Source: Erysipelotrichaceae bacterium (GTDB lineage: Bacteria; Bacillota_I; Bacilli_A; Erysipelotrichales; Erysipelotrichaceae). Taken from it: DNA of 64,000 bases. Of this stretch, positions 56,326-64,000 are shown piece after piece. The first letter of the stretch is position 1; every line of letters begins with the position of its first letter. Below the pieces are notes generated by a model. The model searched no databases. It was given only the letters and a program-made list of their open reading frames with translations, and had not been told where the DNA came from. The position numbers and the translations under genes are program-made. Location: contig JAYFOF010000002.1 in assembly GCA_034932905.1 (NCBI GenBank), forward strand, positions 70,074-134,073, given 5' to 3'.

Positions 56326-56610
56326 TTATTTATCGGCATCCCTTTCTGTATACTCAGCATCTATGACATCTTTATTTGAATCTGCTTGTTGATTGCTTCT
56401 GTTTATCCAGTCTTCATTGACTTGCTGCTGATCATCAGAATCCTGATACTGATCCATGTGCTGATAAGGATTGGAATGCTGGTTTCTGGCAACACTGAAA
56501 ATAATGAAACGAATCACCATATAGATTATTGCCACCACAATCAAAGGCCAGGCAGCCTGTAAGACTATCATAATTAAAATAAACATTAATAAGCCGGAGA
56601 ATCCACGCAC
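56326..56610 (-). CDS. Small membrane protein with an acidic, Q-rich tail
   Basis: 94 aa with 2 TM helices, then QHMDQYQDSDDQQQVNEDW. It lies 2 nt upstream of the DUF2156 gene. Confidence 0.5.
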   Translation of the reverse strand: MRGFSGLLMFILIMIVLQAAWPLIVVAIIYMVIRFIIFSVARNQHSNPYQHMDQYQDSDDQQQVNEDWINRSNQQADSNKDVIDAEYTERDADK

Positions 56611-56659
56611 TATTTATCACCTCTGTTATTATAACTTTTTTATTGTTAAAATGCGATAT

Positions 56660-57598
56660 CTACTTCTCAATAAGCTTCTGCGCCAGCTCGGAGAGTTTGG
56701 CTAACCGATGTTTCATCCCGGACTTGCTGATTGACAACCCGGTATTTTGTTCGTATGTTTCACACAGATCATTCAGACTGGCTTCCGGATAAGCTTTACG
56801 CAGTTCAGCTACTTCCTGCAATCGCTTATCAAGATACTGCATTTTACCATACTTTTCTAATATTTCAATGTCTTCTGACTGTTTTCGTCCAGCTTTCATT
56901 GTTTTCATCTCATTAGCGACTTCGCAGTTGTCTAATCGGGTCAGACTATTGCGGAAATCGCGTTGTATGCGTAAATCCTCAAAATTCATTACCGAATCAT
57001 AGGCACCGACACAACGTAAAAAATCTGAGATCCGTTCACTGGCTTTCAGATAAACGACATGCTGATTCCGCCGAATGATATGTTTTGCCGGCAAATCAAA
57101 ACGCAGCATCAGTTTCTGGATGAAAAAGGCATGATCCTGATCCAAAGTTGCGATTTCAAGATGATAATTGCTTTTCGTCGGTGAATTGACGCTTCCGCTC
57201 GCCATGAAGGCTCCTGCCAAATAGGCACGTGCACAGCAATCTTTTCGCACAACCTGATATCCTGGATGGTTCTTAATTTTACCATCCACCATTAGATCCA
57301 TGTCATGTAAAATTTCATCAGCTCTTGTAATGACTTTGATTAGATAAATATTATTCTTCTTAAGATTCATTTTCTTTAATACCGATAGTTCCATTTCAGC
57401 ATTATAAGTATCCTTAATCAGTTTCCAAATACGCTTAGCTGTCGTTGCGTTTTCAATGCGAACTGTCAATGACATCCCGCGGCTGTTGAAAACGACGGTA
57501 CTGCATAGTTGAATCAAGGCAGCTAATTGAGCCCTCGTACAACAATCTTTCAGTTCGTTCTGACCGATTTCGCTTTTTACTTCCGTGGTAAATGACAT
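56660..57598 (-). CDS. whiA: DNA-binding protein WhiA
   Basis: MSFTTEVKSEI...CC.RA.LAALI, a LAGLIDADG-like middle region and a C-terminal HTH (ISKSGMKHRL). Conserved position after yvcK. Confidence 0.95.
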   Translation of the reverse strand: MSFTTEVKSEIGQNELKDCCTRAQLAALIQLCSTVVFNSRGMSLTVRIENATTAKRIWKLIKDTYNAEMELSVLKKMNLKKNNIYLIKVITRADEILHDMDLMVDGKIKNHPGYQVVRKDCCARAYLAGAFMASGSVNSPTKSNYHLEIATLDQDHAFFIQKLMLRFDLPAKHIIRRNQHVVYLKASERISDFLRCVGAYDSVMNFEDLRIQRDFRNSLTRLDNCEVANEMKTMKAGRKQSEDIEILEKYGKMQYLDKRLQEVAELRKAYPEASLNDLCETYEQNTGLSISKSGMKHRLAKLSELAQKLIEK

Positions 57599-58551
57599 TA
57601 TTTCCTGCCAAAGCGAGTCAGCAGCTCGCCGAAAATATCCCGAATCCGATTTGAATCATGACGAATCAGGTTATTGTTGAAACTCAATAATTGTTTTTCT
57701 TCGATCAGGTAAGGATGATTCTGCAAAGCACGATGCACCGGATAAGCCTGTTCCAGCACATAACGCTGCAGAATATAATCCGGTAATTCATCATTGGCAA
57801 AAATAACCAGGTCCAGACTGCCCTGCAAATGCTTCTCAATTGCTTCAACATGATCTTCAAGCCGGTAATCATCCGTTTCGCCACGCTGTGTCATGGCATT
57901 GCATAAATAAACCTTTGTCGCTTTGCTTATCAGCAAAGCCTGACGTAAGTCTTCAATAACAATATTAGGAATAATACTGGTATAAAGACTTCCGATACCG
58001 AAAATAATCATATCCGCATTCAAAATCGCTTCAACGGCTGAACTAGTAGCCTCCACTCTTTCCTGATAAAATACTTCGCAGATTCTTCTACCATACTTAG
58101 GGATATTCGATTCTCCCTTAACAACTCTGCCGTCATCCATTAATGCACACAGTGTAATGATCTGCGATGATGCCGGTATGATCTCCCCTTTGATTTTCAG
58201 AACTTTACTGATATCCGCAATGGCTTGGATAAAACCGCCGGAGGTTTGAGTCAGTGCCGTCAGCATCAGATTGCCAAGATTATGACCGGCAATTTCATTG
58301 CTTTCACCGACAAATCGATAATCCATAAGTGTAGTAAGCAAGGGTTCAGATTCACTTAAAGCAATTAAAACATTTCTTATGTCTCCCATCGCCGGTATCT
58401 GATAAGATTTACGTAAACGGCCGGTACTGCCGCCATCATCCGCCACGGTAACAATTGTCGTTAAACGGATATCATCTAGTTGCTTCAGACCTCTTAGAAT
58501 TACAGACTGCCCGGTACCGCCGCCGATGACAACAACATTTTTCTTTTCCAT
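57598..58551 (-). CDS. yvcK: Gluconeogenesis factor YvcK (CofD-like family)
   Basis: VVIGGGTGQS, DDGGSTGRLR and GPGSLYTS-like GIGSLYTSIIPN. Confidence 0.92.
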   Translation of the reverse strand: MEKKNVVVIGGGTGQSVILRGLKQLDDIRLTTIVTVADDGGSTGRLRKSYQIPAMGDIRNVLIALSESEPLLTTLMDYRFVGESNEIAGHNLGNLMLTALTQTSGGFIQAIADISKVLKIKGEIIPASSQIITLCALMDDGRVVKGESNIPKYGRRICEVFYQERVEATSSAVEAILNADMIIFGIGSLYTSIIPNIVIEDLRQALLISKATKVYLCNAMTQRGETDDYRLEDHVEAIEKHLQGSLDLVIFANDELPDYILQRYVLEQAYPVHRALQNHPYLIEEKQLLSFNNNLIRHDSNRIRDIFGELLTRFGRK

Positions 58552-58619
58552 AATTACCTCGTAGATATTTTACCACGCTGCCGGGTGTTTCACAAATACT
58601 ATGCAAAAAAGAAGTATTT

Positions 58620-59540
58620 CTACTTCCTAATGTAATGAAAGGCAGCTTGCGCAGCGATTGCTCCGTCAGAAGTAGCCGTCACCACTTGCCGCAAGTATTT
58701 CGCATTGACATCGCCCGCGCCGAAGATTCCGGTGGTTTTGGTCATCATGTGATCATCGACCACTAAATAGCCTTCATGATCGGTAATTCCTAAGTCCTTA
58801 ACCATCATGGTATTCGGGTCTGCTCCGATGTACGGAAATATTCCGTCGGTACTCAGTATGCGATGTACCTTAGATTCAACATCTTCCAATTCAATCGCCC
58901 CGACACGTCCATCTTTTTCAATGATGTTTACCGGTACATGTTTATAAATTATATCTATTTTAGCATTAGCTAAGACCTGTTCCTGAGCTATTTTATCCGC
59001 TCGGAACTGATCTCGGCGGATAACAATGTAGATTTTCTGCGCAAAGTTGCTGAGATAGAGTGATTCTTCGAGAGCTGAGTTACCGCCTCCGATGACTGTT
59101 ACTGTCTTGTCCTTAAAGAAAGCTCCGTCACAAACGGCACAGTAGGATACACCCTTCCCTGTGAGTTTCGCCTCGTTTGGGATGTTAAGCAAACGTTCCT
59201 TTGTACCGGTTGCTAAAATAACCGCCTTGGTATGATAAGTAGAGGCATCATGACAGACCACCGAAATATCACTGCCATCCGGCTGAACCTGAATAACATC
59301 TTTGAAATCCATATCGGCACCGAAAGATATCGAATGTTCATACATCTTCATCGCTAAATCAGCACCATTAATACCGGTAATTCCCGGCCAGTTGGCGATT
59401 TCGGCAGTTTTAACGAGCTTTCCGCCCGGAGCCGATGCCTCTAACACTAAGGTTTTCAAGCCGGCACGGCTGGCATAAACAGCAGCTGTCATCCCCGCCG
59501 GACCGCCGCCGATAATCACTAATTCATATCTTTGGTCCAT
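58620..59540 (-). CDS. trxB: Thioredoxin-disulfide reductase
   Basis: GGGPAGMTAA, redox centre CAVCDG, GGGNSALEE. Confidence 0.95.
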   Translation of the reverse strand: MDQRYELVIIGGGPAGMTAAVYASRAGLKTLVLEASAPGGKLVKTAEIANWPGITGINGADLAMKMYEHSISFGADMDFKDVIQVQPDGSDISVVCHDASTYHTKAVILATGTKERLLNIPNEAKLTGKGVSYCAVCDGAFFKDKTVTVIGGGNSALEESLYLSNFAQKIYIVIRRDQFRADKIAQEQVLANAKIDIIYKHVPVNIIEKDGRVGAIELEDVESKVHRILSTDGIFPYIGADPNTMMVKDLGITDHEGYLVVDDHMMTKTTGIFGAGDVNAKYLRQVVTATSDGAIAAQAAFHYIRK

Positions 59541-60970
59541 GAATGGTCTTCCTTTAAAACAGTTAAGATATCAGTCAGTTCTGCTACAACTGTATTAGGA
59601 TGAGCTTTCATCATATTAGCTTTGCGCGTTTCATCCTCATTAAAGCCAATCGTATAGACACCGGCATTGATACCAGCCTGAATATCATTAAAATTATCAC
59701 CGACATAAATACAATTGTCGTAACTGCCTTTAAGCCGAATACAAGCCTTCCGGATCCCTTCAGGATCCGGTTTCGGATCACTGACTTCCTCCAAGCCGAT
59801 GATCAGATCAATATAGCTTTCCAGTTTAGTGACTTTCAATCCCAGACGGATTGCATCGGCGAATTTATTGGAAACGATCCCAATCCGGTAATTTTCCTTT
59901 TTTAAAGCAGATAGCAGTTCTTCGGCATGCGCCATCGGTTTGACATACTCTTCATGCATAGCGAAGTTTATCTCACGGTATTCTTTAACAAAATCTTCAA
60001 AATTACCCGGGAAATGATATTTTTCGAATGTTTCCTTTAATGTCGGACCTAAAACAGCAATGCGATCCTCTTCTGTCATTTGATAGTCCGGCAGATATTT
60101 CGCAAACATTTTTTGAAAAGTTGCCATAATGACCTGTTCCGTATCGGCCAATGTCCCGTCAAAATCAAAAAGAATGATCGGCTTTTTCACGAAGAGTTTG
60201 CGGAATAAACCCAGCATGCCCGACATACCGATAATGAAGAAGACAACGGATGTGATCTGCGCCATTTTGAAGCCCATAAACATGAGACTGTCCGAACGGA
60301 ACTGTTCAACAATCAGCCGGACTGCACCGTACCACATCAAATAAGCATAGACCATATCACCTCTTTTCGGTTTTGATATCTTCTTGTAGATAAAAACGAT
60401 CAAGATGAACCCGATGATATTGCCGACGCTCTCATAAAGAAAAGTCGGTTCTTGGAAATTACCATTGATATACATGGTTTCTTTGATAAAAGCCGGCCAG
60501 CCGTTATAAAATGACTCTCTGACGATCCGGCCGTAAGCCTCCTGATTTACAAAATTACCCCAGCGGCCGATAGCCTGTGCCAACAGCATATTCGGAAATA
60601 TCATATCGCAGACACGCAGCCAGCTGATATGTTTGAGATGACAATAAATCAGGGCAAAAATAACGCCGCCGGCGATTGCGCCTTGAATAGCCAAACCGCC
60701 CTCCCAAGTGTAGAGAATTTTCAGCGGATTGCTAAGATAGTAACTAAAATCATAAAAGACACAAAACCATAAGCGCGCTCCGATGACAGCGGTAATCGTA
60801 CAGCCGATGAAAAGATCATCTGCCATATCATCACTATAACCGGCCTTTTTAAAATTCCTTGCGGTCAGCCAATAAATTAGTACCGCACCGATAATGATCA
60901 GTACCGGATACCACCGTAATTCAAAATTACCAATACTCAATATCGTTCTTAAATCAGGGAAAAATTCCAT
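59519..60970 (-). CDS. lgt: Prolipoprotein diacylglyceryl transferase fused to a HAD-family (PpaX-like) phosphatase domain
   Basis: Residues 1 to about 265 carry the Lgt signature GRWGNFVNQEAYG and 7 TM helices. The C-terminus has HAD motifs DFDGTLADT, SNK and GDNFNDIQAG. Confidence 0.9.
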   Translation of the reverse strand: MEFFPDLRTILSIGNFELRWYPVLIIIGAVLIYWLTARNFKKAGYSDDMADDLFIGCTITAVIGARLWFCVFYDFSYYLSNPLKILYTWEGGLAIQGAIAGGVIFALIYCHLKHISWLRVCDMIFPNMLLAQAIGRWGNFVNQEAYGRIVRESFYNGWPAFIKETMYINGNFQEPTFLYESVGNIIGFILIVFIYKKISKPKRGDMVYAYLMWYGAVRLIVEQFRSDSLMFMGFKMAQITSVVFFIIGMSGMLGLFRKLFVKKPIILFDFDGTLADTEQVIMATFQKMFAKYLPDYQMTEEDRIAVLGPTLKETFEKYHFPGNFEDFVKEYREINFAMHEEYVKPMAHAEELLSALKKENYRIGIVSNKFADAIRLGLKVTKLESYIDLIIGLEEVSDPKPDPEGIRKACIRLKGSYDNCIYVGDNFNDIQAGINAGVYTIGFNEDETRKANMMKAHPNTVVAELTDILTVLKEDHSWTKDMN

Positions 60971-60991
60971 TTTCTTACCTTCTCTTCCTAA

Positions 60992-61942
60992 TTACTTAAT
61001 CCCATTGCGTTTATTCTCTTCGGTAATATGCTGATAAACCAGATTTTCAAATTCCTGAGAACTATTAATCCCCATTTGTTTAAGGGTGAAGTTAGTTACC
61101 GCCGATTCAACCAATACTGACATGTTTCTTCCTTCTTTGACCGGAAGGGTCAATTTAGGAATATCAATCGTCATAATATTTTCAAATGTTTCTTCATTTC
61201 CGATTCTTTCATACGTTTTCAGATTATCGAAATGTTCAAGATGAATAATAAACTCAATGCCGATATCGCCAAGGATTGCCCGTGCGCCGAACATCTTTAC
61301 CACATCAATAATGCCAATCCCTCTGATTTCCAGATAGCCTTTCAGTAAATCCGGTGCCTTACCGACAATTTTATTATGCATATGATATGCGTCAACGCGA
61401 TCATCAGCTACCAGCACATGTCCGCGGTTAATCAGATCCAGCGCAAGTTCGCTTTTACCAACGCCGCTCTCACCGGTAATCAAGACGCCTTTACCAAAGA
61501 TACTCATCAGAACGCCATGAATATTACTGAAGTCGGCAAGTTTATCGTCCAGGTAGCTGACAATGTTCACCATGACCCGATTTGTCGGCAAACTCGTCGC
61601 AAAGACCGGAAAGTTTTTGGCGGACGCAATCTCTTGCAGTACTTTTGGAAGATCTTCGTCATGTGTGATGATAATACAAGGAACAATGTCATTAGTGATG
61701 AAGTCAAAGCGATTTGCTTGCAGCTTTTCACTCAACGTTTTAATATAGGCGATTTCTTTCTGACCAAGCAGGGTAACGCGATTAAAATCGCTTTTCTCTT
61801 TAAACCCGGCCAGTTCCAATCCAGGACGATTTGTGTCCGGCACCATGATAACACGTTTCAGCGAATCTTCATTTCCGGTTAACTGCTTAAACCCGAAAAA
61901 GTCATTGAACTCCTTGATTGATACTTGGTTCTTAACTTCCAT
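60992..61942 (-). CDS. hprK: HPr kinase/phosphorylase
   Basis: P-loop GESGVGKSE, LEIRGIGIIDV. Confidence 0.96.
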   Translation of the reverse strand: MEVKNQVSIKEFNDFFGFKQLTGNEDSLKRVIMVPDTNRPGLELAGFKEKSDFNRVTLLGQKEIAYIKTLSEKLQANRFDFITNDIVPCIIITHDEDLPKVLQEIASAKNFPVFATSLPTNRVMVNIVSYLDDKLADFSNIHGVLMSIFGKGVLITGESGVGKSELALDLINRGHVLVADDRVDAYHMHNKIVGKAPDLLKGYLEIRGIGIIDVVKMFGARAILGDIGIEFIIHLEHFDNLKTYERIGNEETFENIMTIDIPKLTLPVKEGRNMSVLVESAVTNFTLKQMGINSSQEFENLVYQHITEENKRNGIK

Positions 61943-61952
61943 TAACTACCTC

Positions 61953-64000
61953 CTATTTGTGTAATACTTTTTTCAAATATTCTCCGGTGTAGCTTTGTTC
62001 TTTCTTACTGATCATTTCCGGGGTTCCGGTTGCGATAATATAACCGCCCTCATCGCCGCCTTCCGGTCCTAAATCGATAATATAATCAGCGTTCTTAATA
62101 ACATCAAGATTATGTTCGATAATAACGATCGTATCGCCGTTATCAACTATCCGCTGTAAAATCACCAATAGTTTAGCGACATCATAACTATGCAGTCCGG
62201 TCGTCGGCTCGTCAAGAATATACAGTGTCTTACCGGTTGCCCTTTTCTGCAGTTCGCTGGCCAGTTTGATCCGCTGTGCCTCTCCGCCGCTCAGCGTAGT
62301 CGCTGACTGACCGAGCTTGATGTAATCCAAACCGACATCCATCAAAGTCTGAAGCCCATGTTTGATCTTGTGAATACCGTTAAAAAACACAATGGCTTCT
62401 TCAATGGTCATTTCTAATATATCATAAATGTTCTTTCCTTTATATGTTACCTGCAAAGTTTCATCATTATAGCGTTTACCGCCGCATTCTTCACAAGGAA
62501 CATAGACATCCGGCAGAAAATTCATTGAAATGCGTTTAATACCATCACCCTGGCATCGCTCGCAGCGCCCGCCGCTGACATTGAAGGAGAAACGGCTCTT
62601 GGTATAGCCACGCATCTTCGCTTCAACCGTCTGGGCAAATAAGTCACGAATGTTATCAAACACCCCGGTATAGGTAACCGGATTACTCCGCGGCGTCCTT
62701 CCGATTGGATCCTGATCAATGATAATAGCTTTATCAATATTCTCAAAACCTTTCATTTCCTGATATTTTCCAGCCTTGACACGAACCTTACCCATTTTCT
62801 GCTGGATAGCTTTTCCTAAGACTTCCATCACCAAAGTAGACTTTCCGCTGCCGCTCACACCGGTGACACAGATAAAACTTCCCAAAGGCAGTTTGACACT
62901 GATGTCCTTTAGGTTGTTCTCGCTCGCCTTGATAATTTGTAGGAATTTACCGTTACCCTTCCGCCTTTTCTGAGGATAAGGAATGGTTAGCTGGTGCGAA
63001 AGATACTGACCGGTTATTGAAGCCTTATTATTCATGATCTCGGCTGGCGTACCAACCGCCACAATTTCGCCGCCGTGTTTCCCGGCTCCAGGTCCGACAT
63101 CAATGATGTAGTCACTGGCTATCATTGTTTCCTCATCATGTTCAACAACCAAAACTGTGTTGCCAAGATCTCGCATATTTTTCAACGTGTTAATCAGTTT
63201 ATCATTATCTCTTTGATGCAAGCCGATTGATGGTTCATCCAAAACATATAGAACACCGGTTAAATGCGAACCGATCTGAGTAGCTAGCCGAATACGCTGA
63301 GCTTCTCCGCCGGACAGCGATCCGGCTAAACGGTCAAGCGTCAGATATTCTAAACCGACATCCTTTAGGAAAGACAGTCTTTCTGTTATTTCTTTAATAA
63401 CCAGTCGCGCGATATCCGCTTTCATCGGCGGAAGACTTAATGCATGCATAAAGACTAGAGCCTGTTTAATTGACATTGTGGTCCACTCATAAATATTCTT
63501 GTCACCGATCCGAACGCTTAAAGCCATTTCATTCAAGCGGCTGCCGTGACACTTCGGACACGTCTGCTCAGCCATGAAAGTACCATACCACTCACGCGAC
63601 ATATTAGATGTTGTTTCCCAAAAACGCCTTTCAATCAAGCTGGCTACCCCTTCGACATAATCAAATCTCTTATAGGAATTACCGCTGCTGGAGGTAATCT
63701 CGTATTCAATCGGTTCGCTTGAACCCTTAAGAATCCAATTCAACTCCTGCGGCGTGAAATCCTTCAGCGGTTTATCAATACTCAGATGATAATGATTTAG
63801 CAGAACTTTGAACTGCTGCCATTCCAAATTCTCCGAGTTGACAATGTTTTTATAATAAATAATCCCGCCTTTGCGAATAGTTTTATTGAAGTCCGGAATC
63901 AGCAAATCTACATCAACATGCTGAGTGATACCCAATCCTTTACAAACTTCGCAGGCCCCTAATGGTGAATTAAAAGAAAAAAGACGAGGTTCAAGCAGCG
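61953..64000 (-). CDS. uvrA: Excinuclease ABC subunit A; C-terminal ~680 aa, with the 5' end beyond the window
   Basis: Two ABC signatures LSGGEAQRI, Walker [10 protein letters not shown], and Zn-finger CxxC pairs. The frame stays open to position 64000, upstream of the track's internal Met. Confidence 0.97.
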   Translation of the reverse strand, partial: LLEPRLFSFNSPLGACEVCKGLGITQHVDVDLLIPDFNKTIRKGGIIYYKNIVNSENLEWQQFKVLLNHYHLSIDKPLKDFTPQELNWILKGSSEPIEYEITSSSGNSYKRFDYVEGVASLIERRFWETTSNMSREWYGTFMAEQTCPKCHGSRLNEMALSVRIGDKNIYEWTTMSIKQALVFMHALSLPPMKADIARLVIKEITERLSFLKDVGLEYLTLDRLAGSLSGGEAQRIRLATQIGSHLTGVLYVLDEPSIGLHQRDNDKLINTLKNMRDLGNTVLVVEHDEETMIASDYIIDVGPGAGKHGGEIVAVGTPAEIMNNKASITGQYLSHQLTIPYPQKRRKGNGKFLQIIKASENNLKDISVKLPLGSFICVTGVSGSGKSTLVMEVLGKAIQQKMGKVRVKAGKYQEMKGFENIDKAIIIDQDPIGRTPRSNPVTYTGVFDNIRDLFAQTVEAKMRGYTKSRFSFNVSGGRCERCQGDGIKRISMNFLPDVYVPCEECGGKRYNDETLQVTYKGKNIYDILEMTIEEAIVFFNGIHKIKHGLQTLMDVGLDYIKLGQSATTLSGGEAQRIKLASELQKRATGKTLYILDEPTTGLHSYDVAKLLVILQRIVDNGDTIVIIEHNLDVIKNADYIIDLGPEGGDEGGYIIATGTPEMISKKEQSYTGEYLKKVLHK

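Noticed and set aside
1-64000. CRISPR arrays, rRNA genes, IS elements or transposases, restriction-modification genes, toxin-antitoxin pairs, reverse transcriptases
   Set aside because: I scanned intergenic regions and ORF translations and saw none: no regularly spaced direct repeats, no DDE/HUH transposase, no methyltransferase or nuclease motifs, and no RT motifs. The only recombinase is the tmRNA-island integrase.

Overview
This 64-kb window looks like chromosome from a low-GC Gram-positive anaerobe (Bacillota). The evidence is the conserved uvrA-hprK-lgt-trxB-yvcK-whiA block, smpB plus tmRNA, metNIQ, and an anaerobic sulfatase maturase. All protein names come from motifs I recognised by eye in the supplied translations; no database search was possible. 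I can support about 60 protein genes, two tRNA-Arg genes (anticodons CCU and CCG), one tmRNA, several sigma-A-like promoters and intrinsic terminators, and one small integrated element. There are no rRNA genes, CRISPR arrays or IS transposases.

Gene content in order:
- An HTH protein and kinase pair at the left edge, then a membrane XRE regulator, tRNA-Arg, an M20 amidohydrolase and smpB.
- A GAF-GGDEF protein and a LemA/DUF2207 pair.
- tdh-kbl-sulfatase, then tmRNA carrying a 2.2-kb integrase island.
- azlCD, an ABC-2 exporter and metNIQ.
- An MFS transporter, dienelactone hydrolase, sulfatase maturase, a DUF2202 lipoprotein and an OmpR/HK two-component system.
- A 2-hydroxyacid dehydrogenase, an ArsC/Spx-family protein, DUF2177, DUF1295, a Dak2-DegV fusion and a cysteine desulfurase.
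- A MacAB-like exporter, then a c-di-GMP gene cluster (four GGDEF/EAL/HD-GYP genes plus a glutathione peroxidase).
- A P-type ATPase with two KtrA/TrkA-like RCK genes, a 1-kb ORF-free stretch, tRNA-Arg and gapA.
- A DUF2156/GNAT cluster, then the whiA...uvrA block.

The observations I rate highest:
1. A minimal tmRNA-integrated island with intact 17-bp att repeats. It carries only an integrase and one orphan membrane-anchored protein.
2. A 39-codon Met/Cys-rich leader ORF between a near-consensus promoter and a terminator, directly upstream of metNIQ.
3. A Na,K-ATPase-like (P2C-type) pump tightly linked to two RCK proteins, with no KtrB/TrkH partner in the window.
4. A sensor GGDEF-EAL gene split by a single in-frame TAA.
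5. A Dak2-DegV fusion linked to DUF1295 and DUF2177.
6. A tight operon made of a small membrane protein, DUF2156 and two GNAT-type genes.
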